In this document: positions 24,996 through 36,100 of the stretch, piece after piece
Layout: every line of letters starts with the position of its first letter
Position numbering within the stretch: the stretch's first letter is position 1
NCBI GenBank assembly: GCA_002303765.1
Contig: DBCB01000122.1
Coordinates: forward strand, 1-52,833
DNA from: Planctomycetaceae bacterium UBA969
Lineage (GTDB): Bacteria; Planctomycetota; Planctomycetia; Gemmatales; Gemmataceae
Direction of reading: 5' to 3'
Length of the DNA: 52,833 nucleotides
Translations under genes and position numbers: made by a program
Notes under the pieces: generated by a model
Databases searched by the model: none
Seen by the model: only the letters and a program-made list of their open reading frames with translations
Told to the model about the DNA's origin: nothing

Positions 24996-27611
24996 TTACA
25001 CTTGCATGGTTGTATCAAACTTTAGCACACCTTTGGCCTTATCGAAATCAACCATAACTTTGCAATGATCTTTAACTTTCCCTTCAAGCATCAATCTTGA
25101 AAGCGGGTTTTCGATTTCTTTTTGAATGGTGCGTTTCAAAGGGCGTGCGCCATAAGCAGGGTCGTAACCCACCGCAACCAAATGCAACCGTGCAGCTTCG
25201 GTAAGCTCAAGCAAAATATGCTTTTCATCCAATCTGGAACGAAGTCGGCCAAGAAGGATTTCAACAATTTTTTCCAGATGCTTTTCGCTAAGGGCATGAA
25301 ATACAATAATATCATCAACCCGATTAAGAAACTCCGGCCTGAAATTCTTCCTCAACTCTTCAAGCACTGCATCTTTCATGTGATCATAAATTTCCCCAAC
25401 GAAGGAACCCTTAAACTGAAGAATCCTATTGCTGCCTATATTCGAGGTCATGATAACAATGGTGTTTTTGAAATTAACCGTACGGCCTTGGCCATCCGTT
25501 AGTCTGCCATCATCCAGAACCTGCAAAAGGATGTTAAACACATCAGGATGCGCTTTTTCGATCTCATCAAAAAGTATGACGCAGTAAGGTTTTCGCCTGA
25601 CTGCCTCAGTCAACTGCCCGCCCTCTTCATAACCAATATAGCCTGGCGGCGCACCTAGAAGCCTGGCCACAGTATGTTTTTCCTGATATTCAGACATATC
25701 AATGCGGATCATCGATCGCTCATCATCGAACAAGAATTCAGCAAGCGCCCTTGCAAGTTCAGTCTTCCCTACGCCCGTTGGCCCAAGAAAAATAAAACTC
25801 CCTACTGGCCTATTAGGGTCTTTCAAGCCGCTGCGAGCCCTTAAAACAGCATCCGAAACCGCAGTTACTGCTTCATCCTGCCCAACAACGCGCTGATGAA
25901 GTTCTTCTTGAAGGTGCAAAAGTTTCTGCAGTTCGCCCTCAAGCAATTTCGAGACCGGCACACCAGTCCACCTGCTCACAACGTCTGCAATGTCTTCTTC
26001 ATCAACTTCTTCTTTAATAAGCTTGCTTTCACCCTGCTTCGATGTAAAAGCCTCCTCTTCAATCTTAAGCTTTCGCTCTAATTCGTTTAATTTTCCGTAC
26101 TTGAGTTCCGCAGCTTTGCTAAGATCGTAACTGCGCTCGGCTTGCTCTGCATCGAGTTTGGTTTGATCGATTTGCTGCCTAAGGGAACGTAGCTTTAGTA
26201 CCGCTTCTTTTTCGATATCCCATTGGCCCTTAAGAGCACCCGACTGACCTTTCAAATCTGAAAGTTCCTTTTCGAGTTTCAAAAGCCGGTCTTTAGATGC
26301 AGCATCTTTTTCCTTTTTAAGCGCCTCTCTTTCAATTTCTAATTGCATGGTGCGCCTCATGATTTCATCTAATTCAGAAGGCATGCTATCAATTTCAGTG
26401 CGCAGTTTAGCAGCCGCTTCATCGATAAGATCGATTGCTTTATCAGGCAAAAACCGATCAGCAATATAACGATTCGAAAGTACCGCTGCTGCAACCAGAG
26501 AGGCATCTTTAATTCTTACACCATGATGCAATTCATAGCGCTCTCTTAACCCGCGCAAAATACTGATGGTATCTTCCACCGTGGGTTGATCAACAATTAC
26601 AGGCTGAAACCTGCGCTCAAGGGCGGCATCTTTTTCAATATTTTGCTTATACTCATTGAGGGTGGTGGCACCAATACAATGAAGTTCTCCCCGGGCCAGC
26701 ATTGGTTTCAAAAGGTTGCCTGCATCCATGGCACCCTCAGCTTTTCCTGCGCCAACAACCGTATGAAGCTCATCGATAAAAAGAACGATTTCGCCTGCGG
26801 ATTGCTGAACTTCTTTAAGGACAGCCTTAAGGCGCTCTTCGAATTCACCCCGGAATTTCGCACCTGCAATCAATGCTCCCATATCGAGGGAGACTATCAT
26901 TTTGTTTTTTAAACCTTCGGGAACATCACCCCGAACGATGCGCTGCGCAAGCCCTTCAACGATTGCAGTTTTCCCAACGCCTGGCTCACCAATGAGAACA
27001 GGGTTGTTTTTAGTTCTGCGGGAAAGAACCTGAATCACCCTGCGAATTTCTTCATCACGGCCTATTACAGGATCGAGTTTGTTGGCAGCGGCCATTTTGG
27101 TGAGATCACGGCCATACTTTTCTAGAGATTGATAAGTGGCTTCGGGGTTTTGATTGGTCACGCGTTGGTTTCCTCTTACTTCTTGAAGTGCGGTCATTAA
27201 TAGATCACGGGTAATTCCAAACTCTTTGAACAGTTTTCCGATTGAAGCTTTATCTTCCAACAACGCCAGAAGAATATGCTCGACGGAAATATAATCGTCC
27301 TTAAACTTTTTAGCCTCTTCCTCCGATTGCTTTAGAATCGTGTTCAATCTGCCTGCAAGGTAAATATTGCCATCTTGATTGGAACCAGAAACCTTGGGAA
27401 GGCGATCGATTTCTTGATCACAGCGTTTGCGCAAGGCATCGGTATTGATGTTGGATTTCCGCAAAATAGATAACGCTAAGCCTGGATCCTGAGCCAATAA
27501 GCTTGAAAGCAAATGCTCCAAATCTACCTGCGGTTGCCCCTTAGACTGGGCAATCTTGGAAGCCTGCTGTAAGGCTTCCTGCGCTTTTTCAGTGTATCGA
27601 TCAATGTTCAT
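24996..27611 (-). CDS. clpB: ATP-dependent chaperone ClpB
   Basis: 871 aa. Clp N-domain, Walker A GEPGVGKT and GPTGVGKT, a long coiled-coil middle domain between the AAA+ modules. Confidence 0.95.
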   Translation of the reverse strand: MNIDRYTEKAQEALQQASKIAQSKGQPQVDLEHLLSSLLAQDPGLALSILRKSNINTDALRKRCDQEIDRLPKVSGSNQDGNIYLAGRLNTILKQSEEEAKKFKDDYISVEHILLALLEDKASIGKLFKEFGITRDLLMTALQEVRGNQRVTNQNPEATYQSLEKYGRDLTKMAAANKLDPVIGRDEEIRRVIQVLSRRTKNNPVLIGEPGVGKTAIVEGLAQRIVRGDVPEGLKNKMIVSLDMGALIAGAKFRGEFEERLKAVLKEVQQSAGEIVLFIDELHTVVGAGKAEGAMDAGNLLKPMLARGELHCIGATTLNEYKQNIEKDAALERRFQPVIVDQPTVEDTISILRGLRERYELHHGVRIKDASLVAAAVLSNRYIADRFLPDKAIDLIDEAAAKLRTEIDSMPSELDEIMRRTMQLEIEREALKKEKDAASKDRLLKLEKELSDLKGQSGALKGQWDIEKEAVLKLRSLRQQIDQTKLDAEQAERSYDLSKAAELKYGKLNELERKLKIEEEAFTSKQGESKLIKEEVDEEDIADVVSRWTGVPVSKLLEGELQKLLHLQEELHQRVVGQDEAVTAVSDAVLRARSGLKDPNRPVGSFIFLGPTGVGKTELARALAEFLFDDERSMIRIDMSEYQEKHTVARLLGAPPGYIGYEEGGQLTEAVRRKPYCVILFDEIEKAHPDVFNILLQVLDDGRLTDGQGRTVNFKNTIVIMTSNIGSNRILQFKGSFVGEIYDHMKDAVLEELRKNFRPEFLNRVDDIIVFHALSEKHLEKIVEILLGRLRSRLDEKHILLELTEAARLHLVAVGYDPAYGARPLKRTIQKEIENPLSRLMLEGKVKDHCKVMVDFDKAKGVLKFDTTMQV

Positions 27612-27925
27612 TACAAGAATCCATTAAGCCTTTAATACATCACATCTACATTATTCGCTAAACAAGATAAGAATGTACACAAATACATCCCTATCCTTCA
27701 ATATTTTTGAAAATTAACGTAAACCTATACAAGTAAATACCTTACATAAAACACATAGATTAAATTAAAAGCGAATAATCGCCCAGAGAACCTAGGCTAT
27801 TGTTCGTGCGAATATAAGCCCAGCAATCCTAAAAAGTGGGCTTGAACGATTTGAAATAAAGCTTATGCCTGTGGTCTGTAACCGGTTTAAGTGAATATCT
27901 TGTTATATTTGAACAGGCAAGCATT

Positions 27926-28360
27926 ATGAAACGATCATTCCCTTTAATATTAAATGTTGCTGCGCTATTTTCCATCATTGGATGTGATGCCTCGCCATTT
28001 CGAATGTATTCTGCGAGAACAGACGCCCATTTTGAAAAAGCCAAAAATGATATTCACGAAGCTGCTAACTCAACTGCTGAGGCCCTTAGCTCTGCCCGGG
28101 TGGATTATGTCAACGAAAGCCAGGCAAAATTGAACGCGTTAGATAAACAATATGTGGCTATCAAAGAGCAAGGGAAAAACGCTACGGGAGAAGCCAAGGC
28201 GGACCTTTATAAACAACTGCAGACCTTGCAAGAGCGCAGAGATGGCATACGCGAACGCTTAGATGAGTATCGTAAGTCTAATGATAAAGCTGCAGAAAAC
28301 TTGCGCACTGGAATCGAGGCAGCTTTGGTGGATTACCAAAACGCCCTAATAGGCAAATAA
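27926..28360 (+). CDS. Hypothetical helical lipoprotein
   Basis: Lipobox FSIIGC after MKRSFPLILNVAALFSIIGC. The rest is A/K/E/Q-rich and predicted helical. No family recognised. Confidence 0.5.
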   Translation: MKRSFPLILNVAALFSIIGCDASPFRMYSARTDAHFEKAKNDIHEAANSTAEALSSARVDYVNESQAKLNALDKQYVAIKEQGKNATGEAKADLYKQLQTLQERRDGIRERLDEYRKSNDKAAENLRTGIEAALVDYQNALIGK

Positions 28361-28409
28361 CATCATCCTGCTTGATTTAGCATTACTAAAGGCTTAAGTA
28401 AAAAATTGC

Positions 28410-29399
28410 TTACGTCTTTTCCAGCGAAGCTTTCAAACGCACCAATCCTTCTTTGATCGAAACCTTGGGTTCATACCCAAGATCTTTTCTTGCGTTCGAA
28501 ATATCAAACCAATGCGATGTGGATAACTCCTTAGCAAGAAACCTTGTCATGGGTGGTTCGTTTTGTATTCGAAAAAGGCTGTAAGTCATTTCAAAAATCC
28601 AACCCATGAAGTAAGCAAGCGAAACCGGAACACTTTTATCCACCGCCTTGCCATTGCCCGCACGGATAATTTCATTCACCAAATCCCAAAGCTTCCAAGG
28701 TTCACCATTAGAAATAAAGTACGCCTTACCTGAGCATGAGGAGTGAAAAGCTAAGTGATTTAGCGCCAAAAGATGGGCACTTGCAGCATTATCAATATAG
28801 ACAGAATCAACCATAACAATGCGATTACCAATCTTACGAAGCCTGCCAGCCTTGGCGCGGGCCAGAATTCTGGGGACAAGATGGTTATCGCCTGGGCCCC
28901 ATATTAAATGCGGCCTCAATGCCACCGTCGCAAGCGTATCATCATTGGCTTTCAAAACCATTTGCTCTGCAAGGGCTTTTGTTTTTGGGTATGCAGTAAG
29001 ATAACTTTCAGGATAGGGAACCGTTTCGTCAACGCCTTCCATATCGCCATTATTGAAAACCACACTAGGCGAACTGGTGTATACCAATTTAGGAATGCCC
29101 AAGCTTTTACAAACCTCAAGAATGTTTTTAGTCCCCATAACATTGGTTTGGTAATAGCTATTGTAATCGCCCCAAATACCAGCTTTTGCAGCAGTATGTA
29201 TGATTGCATCGCAACCTTGCGCTGCTAGATGAATCGCACCTTTATCGGCCAAATCGCCTTGAAACTGCGCAACACCCATAGCATTCAATTTTGCATATGG
29301 CTTACGGGAAATGCTTTGAACATTATCGCCTCGTGAAACCAACATCGAGCAAATTGCAGAGCCCAGAAAACCGCCACCCCCTGTTACTAAAACTTTCAT
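28410..29399 (-). CDS. oleD: OleD-type NAD(P)H-dependent 2-alkyl-3-ketoalkanoate reductase (3-beta-HSD / epimerase-dehydratase fold)
   Basis: Rossmann VLVTGGGGFLGS, catalytic YPKTK. Start at the ATG at 29399 forms an ATGA overlap with the oleC stop. Last gene of the ole set. Confidence 0.8.
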   Translation of the reverse strand: MKVLVTGGGGFLGSAICSMLVSRGDNVQSISRKPYAKLNAMGVAQFQGDLADKGAIHLAAQGCDAIIHTAAKAGIWGDYNSYYQTNVMGTKNILEVCKSLGIPKLVYTSSPSVVFNNGDMEGVDETVPYPESYLTAYPKTKALAEQMVLKANDDTLATVALRPHLIWGPGDNHLVPRILARAKAGRLRKIGNRIVMVDSVYIDNAASAHLLALNHLAFHSSCSGKAYFISNGEPWKLWDLVNEIIRAGNGKAVDKSVPVSLAYFMGWIFEMTYSLFRIQNEPPMTRFLAKELSTSHWFDISNARKDLGYEPKVSIKEGLVRLKASLEKT

Positions 29400-31033
29400 G
29401 AAAGCCTCCCTGCAGCCCAAACTGCAAGTTCTTCCCGCTTGATTTTAGAATTATGCCTTATGTCCACGGGGAAGGATGGATGGATCAAAAATTTAGTGAT
29501 GTCTTTGGTTTGGGGATAAAGCAAAGCCCTGCTTGCAAGATTGCGTAATAGCTCTTGATCACTGAACATACCCTTTTCTTTTTCGACACAAACAACAGGG
29601 AGTTGTAATCCTACGGGCCCAACCCCGACAAGTGCGCTACGAAAAACACCAGGAACTGAATCAAATATTCCCTCGATAGGGACGGTATGAAAAAGCTTAT
29701 TCGCAGAGAGTACGCGCTGAGATTTCCGGCCACAAAACCAAAGCCTTCCCTCAGAATCGAAATACCCAAGGTCACCCATTCGATGGAGGGTTTGCCCATC
29801 AGCATCAAGAATTTTTGCAAGGTTTGTTTGAACAGGGCGATTGAAATAATGCTTGGTAACAACCGGGCCACGCACTACCAGTTCACCAATTTCACCAGGC
29901 ATAACCCGCAGGGATTCAGACCAATTTTCAATTGCAGCATCATCGATTTTAATAATACGAACATCGATGCCTTCAACAGGCTTACCCACGCAAACACCTT
30001 TCCCTGAAGAGGTGAATTGTTGGGTTTCGGAAAGGATAACGGCACTAGAAATGGTTGCAACAGGAAGGGATTCGGTCGCTCCATAGGGAGTATGCAGATG
30101 AATTCCAGGATTTAATCGGTTGGCGAGATTGGCAATATCTCGAGCGGGCACCGGGGCCCCTGCAGAAAGAATGCGCTTTAGTGTTGGGAAATTAATATCT
30201 TTCGGAAGGCTTGCCAATCTACGAAGCAAAGCGGGAGAAGCAAAAAGATTAGTCACCTTAAAATGCCTGATGGCACCAAGAATCTTGTACGGATCCGCTT
30301 TAGCAGGCTTGGTGAAATCCATTTCTGGAATAACCGCAGTCATACCCAATGCTGGAGAAAAAAGCCCAAAAAGAGGAAAGGTAGGGAGATCAATTTCACC
30401 CGGAGCAATTTGATAAAGGCTTTTAAGAAGTTGGACTTGGGCATGAAATTGTTCATGTTCGTACACCACGCCTTTGGATACCCCAGTGCTACCACTCGTA
30501 AACAAAATAGCAGCGGGATCAACAGCGTTGCACACCAAAGGTGTATTTAAAACGGAGCCTTTTCGTAAAACATCCGACCATCGGGTTCCAAATATGGCAC
30601 CCCCAACAGTGATGGTTTTCCTTATAGAAGTTTTACCCCACCCGAAGAGAATCCTTGCCATTTGAGCAAGCGGAATCCCGATGAATGCATCAGGTTTGAC
30701 TTCTTTAAGGCAGGAGCCTATCCCCTTTAACCCAAGCCCAGGATCAACAACAACAACCGTTGCGCCAATGGTGAAAAGTGAAAAAACAACTTGGAGGAAT
30801 TCGATGCCTGGCTTGACCATAACAGCAACGCGCATTCCAGGTTGAAATCCCTGATCGAGAAGACCACGGGCAGCGGCATCGATGGAATTCTGCAATTGTG
30901 AGAAGGATAGTTGGGCAGAGATTTTTGGGCCGGAAGAAAGGTGCGCACCATTTTGCACAATAACAGCAACGGCATCGGGAAAATTATGCGCCATTTCCCG
31001 GACTAGGTTGGCGATATTAAGCGAGCCCTGCAT
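29396..31033 (-). CDS. oleC: OleC-type AMP-dependent synthetase (olefin beta-lactone synthetase)
   Basis: 545 aa. Adenylate-forming P-loop FTSGSTGVSKGV, YGATE motif. Position between the OleB-like and OleD-like genes. Confidence 0.8.
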   Translation of the reverse strand: MQGSLNIANLVREMAHNFPDAVAVIVQNGAHLSSGPKISAQLSFSQLQNSIDAAARGLLDQGFQPGMRVAVMVKPGIEFLQVVFSLFTIGATVVVVDPGLGLKGIGSCLKEVKPDAFIGIPLAQMARILFGWGKTSIRKTITVGGAIFGTRWSDVLRKGSVLNTPLVCNAVDPAAILFTSGSTGVSKGVVYEHEQFHAQVQLLKSLYQIAPGEIDLPTFPLFGLFSPALGMTAVIPEMDFTKPAKADPYKILGAIRHFKVTNLFASPALLRRLASLPKDINFPTLKRILSAGAPVPARDIANLANRLNPGIHLHTPYGATESLPVATISSAVILSETQQFTSSGKGVCVGKPVEGIDVRIIKIDDAAIENWSESLRVMPGEIGELVVRGPVVTKHYFNRPVQTNLAKILDADGQTLHRMGDLGYFDSEGRLWFCGRKSQRVLSANKLFHTVPIEGIFDSVPGVFRSALVGVGPVGLQLPVVCVEKEKGMFSDQELLRNLASRALLYPQTKDITKFLIHPSFPVDIRHNSKIKREELAVWAAGRLS

Positions 31034-31036
31034 GGC

Positions 31037-31984
31037 TCAACCCCCGGGGTATTTCATGAAGAATTCTTGGATCTTCGCAATGATCGGAGCAGGCGCATCT
31101 TCGAGAAGGTAATGCCCAGCATCTTCAAAGACATTATAATCTGCGTTGGGAAAATGTTTTTTCCATTCCGCAAGAAAGTCATCGTTGAAGATAAAGTCGT
31201 GTCTACCCCAGCAAAATATTTTGGGCGTATCATTCAAATTAGAAAGGCCGGATCTAGTGCCTTCAATAATCTCATACGAGGGGTGCTGCGGATTGATGGG
31301 GATATCCTGCACAAAGCGGAATATAGCAAGTCGATCCTTCCAGCTTGAATAAGGGGAAAGAAAGCCAGCCCGAACTTTGCTATTAAGACCTTTGATAGCG
31401 CAGTATCTTGCAGCGCCCAAGCAAAACCCATTAAACCCGCGCACCATCAACGAGCCAATAACCTTGGATCTGCAGACCTTGAGAGTCCAAGGAAGGGGCT
31501 TGCCTTGCGGAAGGCCAAAACCTGCGGTGTTCAAAAAAACGATACTTTCAATTCTAGATGCATTACGAACGGCCCAAGAGGTTCCGATCATGCCGCCCCA
31601 GTCATGCACTACCAAGCTGATTTTTCCAGTCGGCGCAATATGATTGATTAACTTATCAAGATCGTTGAGCCTGCTTTCAAGCGTGTAGCTGTATTGTTCA
31701 TCGCTAGGCCTATCGGAAAGGCCGCATCCAACATGATCAGGAACAATAACCCGCATGAACTTCGAAAGTGCGGGAATCAAGTTGCGATAAAAAAAGGACC
31801 ATGTCGGGTTGCCATGAATCATAAACACGGGCCTGCCCGAACCTTCATCGAGGTAATGAAGTTTGTGATTGCCAAGGTTTAGATATTTACCCTTGAAAGG
31901 ATAAAGGGAGGGGTTTTCCCTGATCCAGTTTAAAAGGGTTTGGGGAGGACCTGAAACATCGCCAGGCTTATTACCAACTACCAT
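31037..31984 (-). CDS. oleB: OleB-type alpha/beta hydrolase (haloalkane-dehalogenase-like; beta-lactone decarboxylase)
   Basis: HGNPTWSFFYR and the Asp nucleophile elbow VVHDWGG. 315 aa. 7-nt overlap with the oleA stop. Confidence 0.8.
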   Translation of the reverse strand: MVVGNKPGDVSGPPQTLLNWIRENPSLYPFKGKYLNLGNHKLHYLDEGSGRPVFMIHGNPTWSFFYRNLIPALSKFMRVIVPDHVGCGLSDRPSDEQYSYTLESRLNDLDKLINHIAPTGKISLVVHDWGGMIGTSWAVRNASRIESIVFLNTAGFGLPQGKPLPWTLKVCRSKVIGSLMVRGFNGFCLGAARYCAIKGLNSKVRAGFLSPYSSWKDRLAIFRFVQDIPINPQHPSYEIIEGTRSGLSNLNDTPKIFCWGRHDFIFNDDFLAEWKKHFPNADYNVFEDAGHYLLEDAPAPIIAKIQEFFMKYPGG

Positions 31985-33075
31985 TCTACGCCCAGCATAA
32001 GGCAGTTAAGCCCGCTGCCAATCCCTAGCAAGCCGACCCTGTCTCCTGGGAGCAGGAATTTTCGTTCCTCTGCAATCGCTGCGGTCAATGGTAGAGAAAC
32101 TGTACCGATATTTCCTAGGAATGGGAAAGTAGAATAATCCTTGTGCAAAGATATTCCAAGGGCTTTCAAAACCGAATCACGGTGCGGAGCGCCAACCTGA
32201 TGACAGATAACCTTATCGATTGCATCGGGTGTCCAGCCGATCTTACCTACAAAATTTTTCCAAGTGCGCATGCCGAGATCAACACCATACTTCAACACTG
32301 CAACCGAATCGGTAGTCATAAAATGCCTTGCAGCATGAATAACGCCCTGAATGATTTGTTTGGGTGAAGCGCCATCGGGGATAAAATCTGGAATGGGATC
32401 ATTGGTCAGGCCCCATCTGCAAAGGCTATGGTGCTCTGCTGCGCTTTGGGCACTGGCAGCAATAAGCTTTCTTCTTTTTTCACTTGAGAAGGATCCATCT
32501 GTAACAACAACAGCCACTGCGCCGGAACCGCCTGTAAGGGTAGCAAGTGAATCTTTAAAGGTTTCAATATTTTTTCTTTTGAGCAACTCAGCAATCATGG
32601 TGTCGTTGATTTCGCGTGAGGTTTCGCAAGATACAACAACGCCCGCACGAATTTGGCCAAGCTCAATACGGTTGGCAATATCAAGAATGCCATTTAATAC
32701 ACCGAGGCAGGCATTGCTAATATCGTAAACGAGGGCATTACTACCAACGCCCAACTTCGCTGCAACCGAGCAAGCGGTTGCGGGTTCAAATTGTTCTCTG
32801 CAAACAGCAGAGTAAATTACAACTTCGAGATCTTGAGCAGTAACATTAGAACGGTCGAGTGCTTTTCTGGCAGCAAGCGTTGCGCCTTCAGCAACGGAAA
32901 ACCCTGGTTCCCACCAGCGTCGTTCCTGAATACCGGTCCAAGCGAGCAACTGACCTGCATTAAATTTCAATGCTTCATAAACGGGGAGCAATCTGGTTTC
33001 GAGTTCCTCGGTGGAAACTACCACCGGTGGAAGTTCGTAACCAATTGCATCGAGATACACCCGGGAATATTTCAT
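31978..33075 (-). CDS. oleA: OleA-type thiolase (FabH-like; head-to-head Claisen condensation of acyl thioesters)
   Basis: Thiolase fold with active-site DISNACLGVLNG. About 365 aa from the ATG at 33075 (MKYSRVYLDAIGYELPP). The track start 33114 would overlap pfaC by 13 nt. Confidence 0.8.
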   Translation of the reverse strand: MKYSRVYLDAIGYELPPVVVSTEELETRLLPVYEALKFNAGQLLAWTGIQERRWWEPGFSVAEGATLAARKALDRSNVTAQDLEVVIYSAVCREQFEPATACSVAAKLGVGSNALVYDISNACLGVLNGILDIANRIELGQIRAGVVVSCETSREINDTMIAELLKRKNIETFKDSLATLTGGSGAVAVVVTDGSFSSEKRRKLIAASAQSAAEHHSLCRWGLTNDPIPDFIPDGASPKQIIQGVIHAARHFMTTDSVAVLKYGVDLGMRTWKNFVGKIGWTPDAIDKVICHQVGAPHRDSVLKALGISLHKDYSTFPFLGNIGTVSLPLTAAIAEERKFLLPGDRVGLLGIGSGLNCLMLGVEW

Positions 33076-33101
33076 AAAAGTTCTATCCTGAATAATCGCT
33101 G

Positions 33102-36100
33102 TTACGACTTCCAAGCCTTTAGGCGGAAGTCTTTCATTTCATAGATGATCAAGCCATCTACGGATAGTTTGCCATCTGCAACCAATAAACCAGAGGGATC
33201 ATCCCTGTTGGTAATAGTTGCTTCGACTATCACAGTGTTATTATGCGGAATAACCTGCCCGCGGTAAATCCAAATATGTGGTTCTGGGCTTACAATAGGC
33301 AAAAAAGTGTTAACTTCAGGCCAGAAGTCTGTTGCAAGGATTTTCATTAATTGAATCATTGCTTCAAGGCCAAGCGAGCCAGGCCAAACAGGATCTTGAT
33401 AGAAATGTGCTTTAAAAAACCAGTCTTTGGGGTTAACCTGCTTGATTCCCCGGATGTACCCCAGACCGTTTGCACCCCCCTTTTGCTCAAGATATTCCAC
33501 TCGATCCAACATTCTTAAAAAATCATCAGGAAATGGCGGTTCTGCACTGATCAAAGCATCCACACGGGCATATTTCTCAACATTCCACAAACTAGCGCCT
33601 CGAACCCCAACCTGATTTGCAAGAGCATCCTTCGAAAAGAACCCAAAAGTAGTATCCCCCTTGTAGATACTTTTGCCCTTACAAAAAACATCAAACAAAT
33701 ACGATTGCACCACCATCCCCGCAGAGGATGACACGCGTGTAATCTTAACCTTGATAGAAAGTGTCCCTGCATCTGCAAGAACAGGCTCCAGGTAAACAGC
33801 CTTCCCCCCCAGATTACGGAAGGAAAGATCATCCTTGCTAGTAAGCGCAGATCCCAAATAAGCAGCAAGCCAGCCACATGGCTGCAAGGCGATTTCTAGA
33901 AGAATGGCAAAAGGCATTGCTGCCTGTCTTTCAGAACTGAAATACCATTCATCGAGTGGAACATCATACTCTGCAACAATTTCACCCCCAGCAACCATCT
34001 TCCAAGGTTCGCAGTTAACCTCCATGATCCGATCGAGGAATTTATAAGGTGGCCCGGGAAGCCTAGCGATTTTTCTTTCAGTATCAAAAACCTTGTACGC
34101 ATCTCCAAACGCTTCGGAAGGATTGCCTATCGCAAACGCCATAATGCTGGCATTGTCAAAGAGTGGTGTTTTCACTGCACCAGAAATCCCACCCGACCAA
34201 ATTGCTTCAACCGATTCTTTGCTCCATCCTGTCATACGAAGCGACATGGATTTTATCTCAACCACATTTTTACCATCCGCATACATGTATGCATCAACGA
34301 TGGTGTAGGGTTCTGGGCGATAACCTCTTTCCCTTATCAAAACTTCATAGGTAACTTTTTTCGTGGTAGCAGTAACCTGCCCTCTGCAGCGAAGTTTACC
34401 CGTAATCCCAGGCACTGGTTCGAACGCAACATTCGATTTTTCGCCCACCCATCCCATGCGATAAAGAAAAATTCGCAGGGTATGCAGGCAACATTCATAC
34501 ATTAGCGTGCCGGGCATTACCTGATCATCCACAAAATGACAGGTAAGAAACCAATCATCAGGATGAATATCAGCTTCGCCTAAAATACGGCCAAGGCCAG
34601 CGGGCCCGCCTTCAGGTTCAAGAAGAGGCACCCGATGCACAAGCCGCATTTTTCCACCGGGCAAAGTTGCAGGATCCCGAATAGGCAGATTGGCAAACTG
34701 AGCACCAAAGCAAGCCGCCAAATCTCCACTTCGCAATGCATCTAATTGCTCTTCACTAAAAGATTCTTTAACCATTGGAAGCAAAGGCGGAGTTGAAATC
34801 ACATCTTCTTTTTTATCTGCGTTTGCTGAAATAACGATGCCTTTTCCAGCAGCAAGTGCTTCTTCTGTGAAGAAACCTGCGCAACCTTCGCGCATTGCCA
34901 TGAAAGGTTCGCCATTGACGGTGGCATCGTACCAAAATCGAAAAAGATAAGTGTCATTATGGCGGAAGAACCGATCAATGCGAATATCGTAATGAATGAC
35001 TTCGCCCTCTACAGGCAGGGAACGATGGAAAGTAACCTCTGCATCAAGTAGGCGATAAACTGCAAGGCCTTTGGTTTTATGATCGATGCCTAAAAAGCCT
35101 GATAGAAATAGATCTGCCTGCCCCGATTCTACAGCAATGCAAGTTGGGATTCTGCCATGATCCAAATACCATGCACCGGGCAAAACATCGTGCTCGGTAA
35201 TGATTCTTCCCGAACCCATCGAACAAGGTTCGCCCTCGATTGCCAAGATTCTATCCACAAGCATCAAGGGTTCATCTGGTAATCTAACTCGAGTAGGGTA
35301 GGCATCAATTTCGGCATACATCGAGCCCAACACCCCTGCGATATTCCCTCGGGCGTAATGCAAGCAAGCGTTCCGATCAAGAGTTCTAGGTGGTGTCAAA
35401 AGCATTTCAAACGGTTTATCAGAGCTAGTACTATCAGAAACATCCTCAGAAAAAACATCGAACTGCGTATCGCCCAAGTTCACCGATTGCAGCATCTGAT
35501 TTTGAAATTCAACCAGGGCGGTCATCTGCCCAAGAGTTGATTGCGAAAGTTTTAAATAAGCAGCATGGGCTTCCATTGCAGAGTGGTTCATGTTCACAGC
35601 GTGTTCAACGCCATGAAGCTGCAGCGCATTTTCATTTTCCATGAAATGTATTCTTTCTTCCGTAACTTCTTGAGTGCTAATCCAATTCGAACTGGGGGCG
35701 GTGAATGCAAAACCTGTAGAGCCTGTAATCAATCTCACCTTATTACCCTTTGCACTCACCAAATCAGTGGGAGTAAAAAGGAAGCTACAATCCAAAGAGA
35801 CTCGTTCAGAAATCAAGGCAGCGATGGTTTTCAAAAATCCTAGATACTGGCTGCCTCGCATAGTGCTTAGTGATTTAGCAAAATGAGGCCTACCCTTGAG
35901 AATATTAGCAATGATTCTGGTACAAGAAGAGCCAGGTCCCATTTCCAAAAATATGCGTGCGCCATCCTCGTATGCAGTTTCAACAATTTTATTAAAATCC
36001 ATAGTGCTTAAGGCCAGCCCTGTGATCGCTTCCGACGCTGCTTCTTTCGTAACCTCGTAAGCAGAGCCAAACGATGCGCTGTAAACATAGGGCGTTGCCA

